Shown here one piece after another: positions 22,002 to 31,350 of a stretch of 32,000 bases of DNA. The position numbers and the translations under genes are program-made. The stretch spans positions 452,809-484,808 of the forward strand of contig NZ_CP010546.1 of assembly GCF_001272835.1 (NCBI RefSeq). The letters run 5' to 3'. The stretch comes from Mycoplasmoides pneumoniae FH. GTDB lineage: Bacteria; Bacillota_I; Bacilli_A; Mycoplasmatales; Mycoplasmoidaceae. Positions within the stretch are counted from its first letter, which is position 1. Every line of letters begins with the position of its first letter. The notes under the pieces are model-generated. The model worked only from the letters and a program-made list of their open reading frames with translations. It had not been told where the DNA came from and made no database searches.

Positions 22002-24164
22002 ATGGCCACTTTAGTTGAAATTGAACGCGATTTTTTACAAAAAACAGCCCAAAAATTTGCACCTGAAGTGGTTGCGTTGATTACTAAAGCACTCGATTAC
22101 TCCAAAAAGTGACACGGTGAGCAAAAAAGGCTGAGTGGTGAACCGTTTTTTATCCATCCCTTGAGAACAGCACTGCGCTTAGTGGAGTGAAACATGGACA
22201 GCAACACCGTGTGTGCTGGTCTGTTACACGACATTATTGAAGATACCCAGGTCACTGAAGCTGATTTAACTGCCATTTTTGGTAAAGAAATTACTGATTT
22301 AGTGGTAAAAGTTACCAAAATTACCAGTGAATCCAAAAAACAACGCCAGCTAAACCGAAAGAAAGAAGATTTAAACCTCAAAAGTTTGGTTAACATTGCG
22401 ATGAGCTCGCAGCAAGAGGTCAATGCTTTGGTGTTAAAGTTGGCCGACCGACTCGACAACATCTCCTCAATTGAATTTTTAGCAGTCGAAAAACAAAAGA
22501 TTATTGCTAAAGAAACACTCGAACTGTATGCCAAGATAGCCGGTCGAATTGGAATGTATCCCGTTAAAACTCAACTAGCCGATCTTTCCTTTAAGGTATT
22601 AGATCCAAAAAACTTTAACAATACGCTGTCCAAGATTAACCAGCAAAAGGTCTTTTATGACAACGAATGGGACAACTTTAAAAAACAGTTGGAAGAGATG
22701 CTGGAACAAAACCAGATTGAATACCGCTTAGAAAGTCGAATTAAAGGCATTTATTCTACTTATCAAAAATTAACCTTTCACGAGCAGAACATTGCCAAAA
22801 TCCACGATCTGTTCGCCATTCGTTTAATTGTGAAGTCAGAGTTGGATTGTTACCACTTACTTGGTTTAATCCACCTCAACTTTACCGTGTTAATGAAACA
22901 CTTTAAGGATTACATAGCATCCCCCAAACAAAACTTTTACCAATCAATCCACACGACTGTGCGCTTGAAGGGTTTAAATGTGGAAATCCAGATTAGAACC
23001 CAACGAATGGATCATGTGAGCAAGTACGGTTTTGCTAGCCACTGGATTTACAAAGAGAAAAAGGAAGGGTTATTGGCAAGTGCTTTACAAGTAAATTACT
23101 TAAACAGTAAACAAATGCATTCGCGCGATTTTTTTAAACGAATCTTTGGTACTGATATTATTAAGGTTAATGTAAGTTCCGATAACGAACCTAACATAGT
23201 CAAAAAACTCAATGTTGAAAGTAACAGCAAGTTGCTCGATATTGCTTATGAGTTGTATCCCAAACAGTTCAATAAATTAGAAAAAATCAAACTCGATGGG
23301 GTTGAGGTTATGTCGTTTGACGTAACTGCCGAAAACGAAATGGTAATTGAGTTTTGTTTTGGTAAAACCAATAACCTCAAACGGCGTTGGTTACGTTATA
23401 TGAATAACCCCGTATTTCGCGAACGGGTTAAAAAGGATTTAAACAAGTTAAAGAAAGCGGTTAAGTACAGTGAACTACCTCTATACGAAAAGGCCTTGGA
23501 AGAGTTGCACTTAAAGCTAGCTGATGAAACCCAGATTAAACAACGCTTAAATGCTTTAGGGATCAAAAAACTGACAGAGTTCTTGGAATTAATCGAATAC
23601 CCCCACTTCCCTAAAAATGAGCATTTGTACTTTTTAGCTAGTAACAATCAGAAGTGAAGGGAATTGATTAAACCCATTAAGTTCGCTTTATCACAAGCTG
23701 TGTTCCAAAACTCTTACTTTGAACAAATTGAGGGAATTTACATCACCAAAATTGTGATTGAAACCTGTTGCACAAAGATTCCTGACATGCCAGAACAAGT
23801 TATTGGCATCTTAATGAAAAACATTCTCAGGGTACACCTTCATGATTGTAGGGAATTAGCTAATCAAAAGCAACCCAAAATTATTCCACTTTATTGAAAT
23901 GCACACCAATTAAAGATGCGACCACGTAAATTCCGCTGTCAAATTAACATTCGCGGTGTATGGAGTGAAACAACGGTCAATAAAATTGTTCAAACCATTA
24001 TTGAAGGTGATAGCTATTTAGAACGAATTATTCCCAAGATCGATAAACAAAAAGATGAGTTTGAGCTCAACATTACTATGTTTATCGACAACTATCACCA
24101 ACTAATCACAATTATGGAGCAGATTACTACTAAGAATATTAGCTACGTTTGAAAGTACCTTTAA
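22002..24164 (+). CDS. spoT: Bifunctional (p)ppGpp synthetase/hydrolase RelA/SpoT family, 720 aa (alternative in-frame ATG at 21963 gives 733 aa)
   Basis: HD-hydrolase motifs ([34 protein letters not shown]), synthetase motifs ([25 protein letters not shown]), TGS and a C-terminal ACT-like segment; joins ORFs 22194..23657, 23664..23897 and 23916..24152; TAA 24162-24164. Confidence 0.93.
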
Positions 24165-24817
24165 CTTTCAAATACTTCGTCATAAACATCTTGGTTCTTT
24201 TGTAAAAGTAACACTAAGTGTTTCTTCAATAGCCTTTGTGGGTTAAAGCGCGATACTCGTACCCCATAAACGCGTTTGGTGAAAATAAACAATAAGGCAC
24301 CAGAAACAACAAATGTACCAATAATAGATACCCCGACATAAAAGACAATTTGTGAAATATTAGTTACGTATTCCTTGAACTGATCATTTTCGTTAGGATT
24401 TGGAAAACGTTTTAAGATTTCGTCCACGTATTGATTAATCTTTTCAATTGTGTTCTTAACTTCAGTAAAAGTAGATCCTTTTGAGAAGTTGTTAACCTTG
24501 CTTAATGAATCTTCGAGTTGGTTAAAACTGCTTTCTAAAGCACTGTCATCCAGTAATTTTGTCAATTCTTTTCCTTCTTTAATTGAACTTTCAACATCAC
24601 CTAACGTTTTTACAAGTTCGTTACTAGAAAGTGACTTTGAAACTTTTTTAATTTCCTCGTTATATTGTTTAACCTTGTTATAACCTTCCTTGTAATAGTT
24701 ATTAATAGGTTCACGGTTTTCAAAGGCAAAGTAACCCGCTGCTGTAATGCCACCAACAAGTAGAATACCAATCAAAACAATTAGGAAAGTGGAAAGCTTT
24801 TTTAAAAACTTAAACAT
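24161..24817 (-). CDS. Two-TM coiled-coil membrane protein, 218 aa (MG279/MPN398-like)
   Basis: N-terminal TM ([22 protein letters not shown]), extracytoplasmic helical segment, C-terminal TM ([23 protein letters not shown]), acidic tail. Confidence 0.85.
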   Translation of the reverse strand: MFKFLKKLSTFLIVLIGILLVGGITAAGYFAFENREPINNYYKEGYNKVKQYNEEIKKVSKSLSSNELVKTLGDVESSIKEGKELTKLLDDSALESSFNQLEDSLSKVNNFSKGSTFTEVKNTIEKINQYVDEILKRFPNPNENDQFKEYVTNISQIVFYVGVSIIGTFVVSGALLFIFTKRVYGVRVSRFNPQRLLKKHLVLLLQKNQDVYDEVFES

Positions 24818-25680
24818 TATTGATCAAGCTCCTCTAAAACAGCATCTTCCAACTCTGGATAACGATCTAAGATGTCATTAACATGATCAGCAATTTGATC
24901 AGTACTGGTTAAACGCGAAAACGTTCTAAGTCCTAACTTTTTCGAACCTAAGAAGGTCATTACAGTAGAGACTATTAGCACTGCTAAAACGCCACCAGAA
25001 ACACTAACTAAGGTAATTGCGCCTATGGTGTAATATTCATTAAACTGTTTTTCTGTTGGAATTTTGTTTTTAATTTCTTTGTACTGTTTAATGATGTCAT
25101 TTGCTTGTGTAGAGAACTCTTGAATATCTTTCAAAGCACTATTGGTTTTACCGTTAGTATCTCTGGTACTTACACTAATTGTTGAACCAGAAATCTTAGT
25201 AATTGGAATAGTCGAAGAAGATGTGCCATTTTGACCAGTTTTACCATTATTAGCGGTTTTTAAAGTATTTGCATACTTTTCTATTTGACTCTTAGTAGCT
25301 TGTAGACTCTTCTTAGCTTCTTGTAACTCCTTTAGTTTTTCCGGACTCACAAGATAGCCGTTTAAGCCTTTAGCTTGGTTTATTTGCTTTTCGTACTCCT
25401 CTAACTTTTTAGTTGATTCTTCAACTTTCTTCTTAACCTCTTCTATTTGTTTATTAATGGATTCAACACTAAACTTACTGGAACTTCCATTATAAGTATC
25501 TATAAACGCTTGAGAAGAGTCAAAGGAACTGTCGATCGATTTGCGGGTATCAATGTAAAGTTTAGCTGCGTTGTCTTTAAAGTAAAGTGCAGCACCGCCA
25601 AGACCTAACAAAACCAAAAAGACAAGCATCCCGAAGAACAGAATGATTGTTTTGGCAAAGCGATTAATAAAAAGGAGCAT
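24817..25680 (-). CDS. Two-TM coiled-coil membrane protein, 287 aa (MG280/MPN399-like), apparent paralog of the adjacent gene
   Basis: N-terminal TM ([24 protein letters not shown]), coiled coil ([26 protein letters not shown]), C-terminal TM ([27 protein letters not shown]), acidic tail; 1-nt overlap with the downstream gene. Confidence 0.87.
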   Translation of the reverse strand: MLLFINRFAKTIILFFGMLVFLVLLGLGGAALYFKDNAAKLYIDTRKSIDSSFDSSQAFIDTYNGSSSKFSVESINKQIEEVKKKVEESTKKLEEYEKQINQAKGLNGYLVSPEKLKELQEAKKSLQATKSQIEKYANTLKTANNGKTGQNGTSSSTIPITKISGSTISVSTRDTNGKTNSALKDIQEFSTQANDIIKQYKEIKNKIPTEKQFNEYYTIGAITLVSVSGGVLAVLIVSTVMTFLGSKKLGLRTFSRLTSTDQIADHVNDILDRYPELEDAVLEELDQ

Positions 25681-25741
25681 TTAAAAGCTTAAGTTAGGCT
25701 TAAGGTTAATATATTTAACCAAACGGACAACCCGCTAAAGG

Positions 25742-27490
25742 TTAAGTTCGAATCTCTTGGAAAACATTTTCCCGATCCAATTTTTCTTTCAATTCCGCTA
25801 CAACGGTTTCATCTTTAGAAACATTAGTAATATTGAGAATTTCGGCGTTATCACGTAATACACCGATTAAATCAGTAACTGATTTGCTCATATCAGTGAC
25901 ACTACCAATAACTGGTTGGAACTTATCGGTACTCTTTAATGCCACTTGTTCTTGTGGACTTTCAAACTTCACGGTGTACTTTAAACCCGGACGGAGGTTT
26001 TTCACTCCATATTCAAAGACAACCCCAATAAGTTCAGCGCGTTGTACAATTTCCTTTTGGAACTCACTATCACGGGTAGCGCGTTCCGCTTCGTAAGCAC
26101 TGGCACCCGGATAGTAATTTTCGTTCACCCGGTACATCGTGTTGCCGCCATGAGTGTAAGTTTCCTCTAAGTGGAGATTAATGTCTTTTAGAGCAGCGTA
26201 AACGGTGTCGTTGTCTTTATTGACATTTTTTTCATTAGTGTTTTTCACCAAATAACGGTCAATGTAACCACCAGCTCAGTAACCTTGCATTTGTCGTTCA
26301 AAACGACGACGAATGTAAATGTCACTAACAGCACGCTTTAACTTAGATGCATCAATATTGTCTTGGTTATCTTTAAGTTCTAAACTAGTTAAATCAATGT
26401 AATTAAACGGCTTGGAAGCAAAAAGGTCATAGATAATATTAGTGTGATCGCCTAAAACTAGTGGATTAAAACCAAAGTTATTGTCTTGGTTAGTAGAGTA
26501 AAACTCCAACTCTAACACGTTTTTAAAAATTTGCTTAGCAACATTAATCGAGTGGTAGTCACCATAAATTGACACCTTTTTAACGCTTTCTGGTAATTCC
26601 AAATCCTTTAAGGTAGAACCATCACCAGTTAAACCATTAATGATGACGTAATCAGGATTACGTTGTTTTAAATTGAGGTTAATGCCGTCAGTATTACCTT
26701 GCTTAATCCTTGGAGCATCAAAGGCAATCGTTTTTATTTGCTTAAAGTGATGGTTTGGGTAAACGTTGTATAACGGTGAACCGTTAGCAACATAGTAATT
26801 CCACTCTTTAAACAAGTACTCGCTTTGTCCATTGGAGCCAGCATAGTAAGCCTTATCCACGTCATGGAACCAACCAGGGAACTTAGGGACACCTTGATCG
26901 ACAAAGATATCATCGTAAGCCCTATTGTTAGCAGTTAAAGTGCCGTTGGTAGTTTGCAAAATTGGCATTACTACCCGGTTGTTAAAGTATTCGGTTGATT
27001 GGTAATATTTGAGCGTTTTCCCGTCCGCTGCTACTTGGTCGTAGTAACCCGCTTTAAAGTTTGGCGTGATAAAGGTAGAACTGGTTTTAATCAAACCGCT
27101 CACCTCTACCTTAGGCACTGGTCGAAGTAAGTCTTTTGGTGCATCAGTAATTGCTTCTGATAAGTTATTGGCAAAATTACGGAAATCCTCACGGAAGTTG
27201 GAACCATCACCAAGATCGATTTCACTGCGGTATCCCCCATCGGTTAACGAAATCGAATTAAGTTTAGACTTGGCGTTTTGGTTTACCTTGGAATAAAGCT
27301 GGAAACTCAGGTTACCACTGCGCCCCGAAGCAATGAGTGTTTCACCACTTTGTAGCCTTAATACCTCATTAACGATTAGAACTGCGGAAAAAGCATTTAT
27401 TGCAGCACCAAAGAGACCAAGCGCTCAGAAACCACCCTTTTTGAGGCGCTTTAGCGTCTTTTTGTCCTTGATTTTGAAATTTAATTTCAT
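25742..27490 (-). CDS. Protein M/IbpM-type immunoglobulin-binding surface protein, 582 aa (MG281/MPN400-like)
   Basis: ATG 27490: MKLNFKIKDKKTLKRLKKGGFWALGLFGAAINAFSAVLIVNEV (basic N-terminus, single TM), LRR-like ectodomain (YVIINGLTGDGSTLKDLELPESVKKVSIYGDYHSINVAKQIFKNVLELEFYS), C-terminal domain. Joins ORFs 26276..27118 and 25742..26251. Family assignment from remembered length and synteny. Confidence 0.85.
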
Positions 27491-27724
27491 CTTTTTTAAT
27501 AGTTTAAAATTGCAGAACTAAAACAGTTCTTACTCAACTAAATACTTGAACTACCTCAACGACAACGGGAAATTTAATTGAACACCTATTAAAGATATAG
27601 TGTTCTTCTCTATTTTAGATTTAGTAATCCCTAAAGGAGAAAATTTACGCCAAATGTGTACCAAAAAAAGAGAAATTTTTGGCGATTACGTTATTCATTT
27701 CTTTCCAAAATAGAGGTTAAGCGA

Positions 27725-27752
27725 TAATAAAAGCACCCGCTAAGCAGGTGCT
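27725..27752 (-). terminator. Intrinsic terminator at the end of the tRNA cluster
   Basis: Minus strand AGCACCTGC-TTA-GCGGGTGCT-TTTATT: 9-bp stem with one G-U pair, 3-nt loop, T-rich tail. Confidence 0.75.
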
Positions 27753-27777
27753 AACCTTCTTTTGGAAATGTTTAAAC

Positions 27778-27851
27778 TGGAGCGAGTAATCGGAATCGAA
27801 CCGACACGATCAGCTTGGAAGGCTGATGTTCTACCACTAAACTATACTCGC
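27778..27851 (-). tRNA. tRNA-Gly(TCC), encoded CCA
   Basis: Reverse complement GCGAGTATAGTTTAGTGGTAGAACATCAGCCTTCCAAGCTGATCGTGTCGGTTCGATTCCGATTACTCGCTCCA; cloverleaf with TCC anticodon. Confidence 0.95.
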
Positions 27852-27857
27852 AGAACT

Positions 27858-27943
27858 TGGTGCCCAAAGCCGGACTTGAACCGGCACGCTATTGCTAGCG
27901 TGGGATCTTAAATCCCATGCGTCTACCATTCCGCCACTTGGGC
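27858..27943 (-). tRNA. tRNA-Leu(TAA), long variable arm, encoded CCA
   Basis: Reverse complement GCCCAAGTGGCGGAATGGTAGACGCATGGGATTTAAGATCCCACGCTAGCAATAGCGTGCCGGTTCAAGTCCGGCTTTGGGCACCA. Confidence 0.95.
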
Positions 27944-28018
27944 TGGTGACTCACCCGAGGATCGAACTCGGGACCCTTTGATTAAAAGTCAAATGCTCTA
28001 CCGCTGAGCTAGTGAGTC
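27944..28018 (-). tRNA. tRNA-Lys(TTT), encoded CCA
   Basis: Reverse complement begins GTGAGTC(A)CTAGCTCAGCGGTAGAGCATTTGACTTTTAATCAAAGG...; GTGAGTC/GACTCAC acceptor stem. Its CCA end abuts the 5' end of tRNA-Leu. Confidence 0.94.
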
Positions 28019-28061
28019 AATAAACAGGGTTGCCCCTGTCATTTTATGAATGCTTTTTTAC

Positions 28062-28136
28062 TGGCTGGGATGGATGGGATCGAACCATCGCATGATAGAG
28101 TCAAAGTCTATTGCCTTACCGCTTGGCTACATCCCA
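28062..28136 (-). tRNA. tRNA-Gln(TTG), encoded CCA
   Basis: Reverse complement TGGGATGTAGCCAAGCGGTAAGGCAATAGACTTTGACTCTATCATGCGATGGTTCGATCCCATCCATCCCAGCCA; U1-A72 pair typical of tRNA-Gln. Confidence 0.95.
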
Positions 28137-28141
28137 ATAAA

Positions 28142-28228
28142 TGGTGGACAGGGAGAGATTCGAACTCCCGAAACCATGAAGGTGTCTGATCTACAGTCAG
28201 AAGCGTTTAGCCACTTCGCTACCTGTCC
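28142..28228 (-). tRNA. tRNA-Tyr(GTA), long variable arm, encoded CCA
   Basis: Reverse complement GGACAGGTAGCGAAGTGGCTAAACGCTTCTGACTGTAGATCAGACACCTTCATGGTTTCGGGAGTTCGAATCTCTCCCTGTCCACCA. Confidence 0.95.
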
Positions 28229-28257
28229 AATAACCAGCAAAAGATATTTTACAAAAA

Positions 28258-28740
28258 TTATCCGTTAATGATCTTAACAATTTTGACCCGGTAGGGCACT
28301 TCTATGCCAACTACGTCACATTCATCATCCACTAAACGACCATAAATGGCGTGTGCCAAAGGGGATTCATTGGAGATGCGGTGTTCTTCGGGATTAGCTT
28401 CTAAAGCTCCCACAATGGTGTACTTTTCGTGTGTTTTCGAACTGTAATCGTAAATTTCGACCGTACTACCCAGGGTAACCTTATTAGCCTTTTTTGTTTG
28501 CGACTCATTAATTAACTTAACGTTGGCTAAAATGTCTTGGATTTCAGCAATGCGGGTTTCAATTTCACCCTGCTGTGCTTTTGCTGCATCGTAATCAGCG
28601 TTTTCACTCAAGTCACCCTGGTCACGGGCTTCTTGCAATAACTTAATAATAGCGGGACGTTTTACTTGAATGAGGTGTTCCAGCTCCGCTTCTAATTGTT
28701 TTAGCCCCTCTTCGGTAAGGTAATTTTTGTTAAGTTCCAT
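28258..28740 (-). CDS. greA: Transcription elongation factor GreA, 160 aa
   Basis: YLTEEGLKQLEAELEHL, EARDQGDLSENADYDAAKAQQG, ESPLAHAIYGRLVDDECDV. Confidence 0.97.
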   Translation of the reverse strand: MELNKNYLTEEGLKQLEAELEHLIQVKRPAIIKLLQEARDQGDLSENADYDAAKAQQGEIETRIAEIQDILANVKLINESQTKKANKVTLGSTVEIYDYSSKTHEKYTIVGALEANPEEHRISNESPLAHAIYGRLVDDECDVVGIEVPYRVKIVKIING

Positions 28741-28870
28741 TAATTAGAAATTGCGTTTAAAGTTAAATTAAATCTACTTTTTTTTCCCAATATTTGCCAA
28801 AAAAATGCAAAATTTTATTTGCAATTTGACCTAACAGCACTAGTTAAAGCTACTGCTTGTTGGATGACAG

Positions 28871-29011
28871 ATGACAACGAAAGACAATTCTGGCATTAAA
28901 AGTAAAAGACGGATTCGTTTTTTAGCTTTAGGAATTATTATTTTGATTCTTGTAATTGCTGTAATCACCATTTTATTTGTCACGGGTGTAATTACCCGCG
29001 CTAACCAATAA
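28871..29011 (+). CDS. 46-aa putative single-TM membrane protein
   Basis: ATG 28871: MTTKDNSGIKSKRRIRFLALGIIILILVIAVITILFVTGVITRANQ*; basic N-terminus plus one strong hydrophobic helix, 10 nt before the proS ATG. Confidence 0.5.
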   Translation: MTTKDNSGIKSKRRIRFLALGIIILILVIAVITILFVTGVITRANQ

Positions 29012-29021
29012 AACGTAGTTG

Positions 29022-30473
29022 ATGGCCAATAAAGATCAAAATCTAACGCTTTGATACGACCAACTACTGAGCAAAGCACAGTTAGTGAGCTATGGCGATG
29101 TGAAGGGCACTAACTGTTTTTTACCCAACAGTTGGAACCTCTGACTACAAATTCAAAGACTCTATAATAACGCTACTGCTCTAATTAAATTAAAGGACAA
29201 GGTTATTTTAAAGCAGTTTATCCCGATTGAACCACTGCCATACACAGTGGAGCAAGTTCAACTACCGACCCTTTCCTTTTACAGTGAGTACCAAAAGGAA
29301 AAGCGTCATGTGGAGGGCTTTAATCCTGAGCTTTTTTTAATAGAGCAAATAGGTACTAAAAAACTCCATGATCCGCTAGTACTACGTCCTACTAGTGAAA
29401 TTGCTTTTTGTAACTTATGGAAAAAACAGAGCTTTTCTTACCAAAACCTTCCCGTTATCTATAACCAGTGAACCTGTGTTTTTCGCGCTGAAAAAAACAC
29501 CCGCCCTTTCTTGCGCAACAGTGAGTTTTACTGACAAGAAACCCACGGTTTGTTTAGTGATGGAGTTAATTCTGAAAGCGCAGCAATTGCTTTTTGAAAA
29601 CTGTACCAGGACATTATTGTCAACCAGCTCTGTATCCCCGCTTTTGTGGGGTTAAAGAGTCCCAATGAGCGCTTTGCCGGAGCACAAAATACCTGAACGG
29701 TGGAAAGCATTATGCCCGATGGGCAGGCATTGCAGTGTGCCACGAGCCATGATTTAGGGCAAACCTTTACCAAACCGTTTGGGCTAACCTTTCAAAACCA
29801 AGCCAACCAACAGGCCATTCCCTACAGCTTTAGTTGTGGAATTTCTACAAGAATCCTCGGTGCTTTACTGTTAACCCACAGTGATGACTTTGGACTGATA
29901 CTACCATGAAAAGTAGCACCAATTCAAGTCAAACTGTACTTATTTGACAAAAAAGGTGATACAAAGACAGTAGAGTTAGCACAGAAAGTGCAAACGTTGT
30001 TGGAACAATTAGCAATCCGTTTTCAATTTATTAAGGTCGAAAACCAGCTCGGTAAACAGTTAGGACAGGGTGAAGTCAACGGCATTCCCTTTCAACTAAT
30101 AGTTGACAATCCCCAAACAGTCAACATCTTTAACCGGTTAACCAGGGTCAAAACAGCTTACAGTTTCGAACAGTTGGCAAGCCGATTTGTGGAGCTCGTG
30201 CAACAGTACCATCAAGCAATGTATGACAAAGCCAAAGCAGTGGTACAGCAAAAGGTGGTGCAAGCCACTACTTTAAAGCAAATTGAACAAGCCTTTAATG
30301 ACAAAAAGGCTGTTTTGTGTGCGGTTCGTTTAACCGATACATTAGAACAGCAATTAAAGGAACGGTACCAGGTCACGGTGCGCTGTTGCTTAGAGCAGCT
30401 TCAAAAGCCCCAAATTTGTCCGTTTAGCGGTGAGTCAGCACAGGACTATGTCCTGATTGCGCGTGCCTATTAA
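29022..30473 (+). CDS. proS: Prolyl-tRNA synthetase, 483 aa
   Basis: ATG 29022 MANKDQNLTLWDYDQLLSKAQLVSYGDVKGTNCFLPNSWNLW...LVLRPTSEIAFCNLW...[31 protein letters not shown] (class II motif 2); joins ORFs 29247..29471, 29700..29909 and 29988..30473 through TGA=Trp. Confidence 0.93.
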
Positions 30474-30617
30474 TAACTTTTTACGAAAACTTTTTGCTTA
30501 AAAGCAAACCCTAAATGTAAAGGCTAAAAAGGTGGTTTTTATTTTCCACTTCTGGTCGTTTTTTGTCAATAAAATCAGTTAAACCTTTAAATTTTTTAAG
30601 GTTTTTTTGATCTATTT

Positions 30618-30986
30618 ATGAGTTTTAAAGTTAAAAACCAGAGTAAGCACCTATACTCTTTAATGACGAAATTTAAACGTTCGCAACTGATCTTGAAGCA
30701 CCAAAGCAATAACTTTGCCTCAGAGTTGTGGAACGAAGAGGACATTATCCGCTCCAAGCAGTTTATCGAACTTATAGAAGACACGCTGCTCCACCTCAAG
30801 AAGGATACGGTCGACTTTATTTACGACATCTTCATTTATGGGAAGAAGCCGTGTGATATTAGTTACTCCAATTCGACCTATTACAAAAAGTTAAACAAGG
30901 CTGCAAATAGTTTTTTTGACCATTTTGTCTGGGAGGCTCCAATTTATAAGACAAAGGAGCTTAAAAATGACAATTCTCACAGTTAG
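30618..30986 (+). CDS. Small helical protein, 122 aa (MG284/MPN403-like) with HTH-like C-terminal segment
   Basis: Uninterrupted ORF; C-terminal LKKDTVDFIYDIFIYGKKPCDISYSNSTYYKKLNKAANSFF resembles ArpU/sigma-region-4 type HTH patterns. Confidence 0.8.
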   Translation: MSFKVKNQSKHLYSLMTKFKRSQLILKHQSNNFASELWNEEDIIRSKQFIELIEDTLLHLKKDTVDFIYDIFIYGKKPCDISYSNSTYYKKLNKAANSFFDHFVWEAPIYKTKELKNDNSHS

Positions 30987-31350
30987 ACAAATTCAAAATA
31001 ATTACTATACGGAATACTACATGGGTCCGGTTAGAAACTTTGCTGACAAAAAGGAAGTTTACTTTGATGCTAAGGTAAACAATATTGAAAGCAAAGTCAA
31101 CAAGGATAAAGCCTTGTTACACATAACCCTGGCGTTAAAGTACGACAGTAACTTTCCCAGTAATATGTTCCAAGCTCAGTTTAAACTGGGTAATTGAAGT
31201 AGTGAAAAGATTCCGCTGCAAAAAGCACCGGATAAAAATCCGATCTGGAAAATAAGATTCACTATTTTTATGCCACTTTGGAAGTGCCACGAACTGCCCT
31301 TATTAAACGGGAAATTAACCGCATTAGTGAGTATATTCGTGAAGAATTAA
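30967..31350 (+). CDS. Hypothetical protein, 127 aa as encoded (MG285/MPN404-like N-terminal part); probable N-terminal half of a frame-split gene
   Basis: ATG 30967 MTILTVRQIQNNYYTEYYMGPVRNFADKKEVYFDAKVNN...ALLHITLALKYDSNFPSNMFQAQFKLGNWSSEKIPLQKAPDKN; frame +1, with TGA=Trp at 31195. Confidence 0.65.

Noticed and set aside
28024-28039. ACAGGG-TTGC-CCCTGT hairpin between tRNA-Gln and tRNA-Lys as terminator
   Set aside because: Short stem with no clean U-run; could be an RNA processing feature, so not called as a terminator.
28840-29079. 83-aa minus-strand ORF between greA and proS
   Set aside because: Overlaps the start of proS and the better-looking plus-strand TM ORF; no motif.
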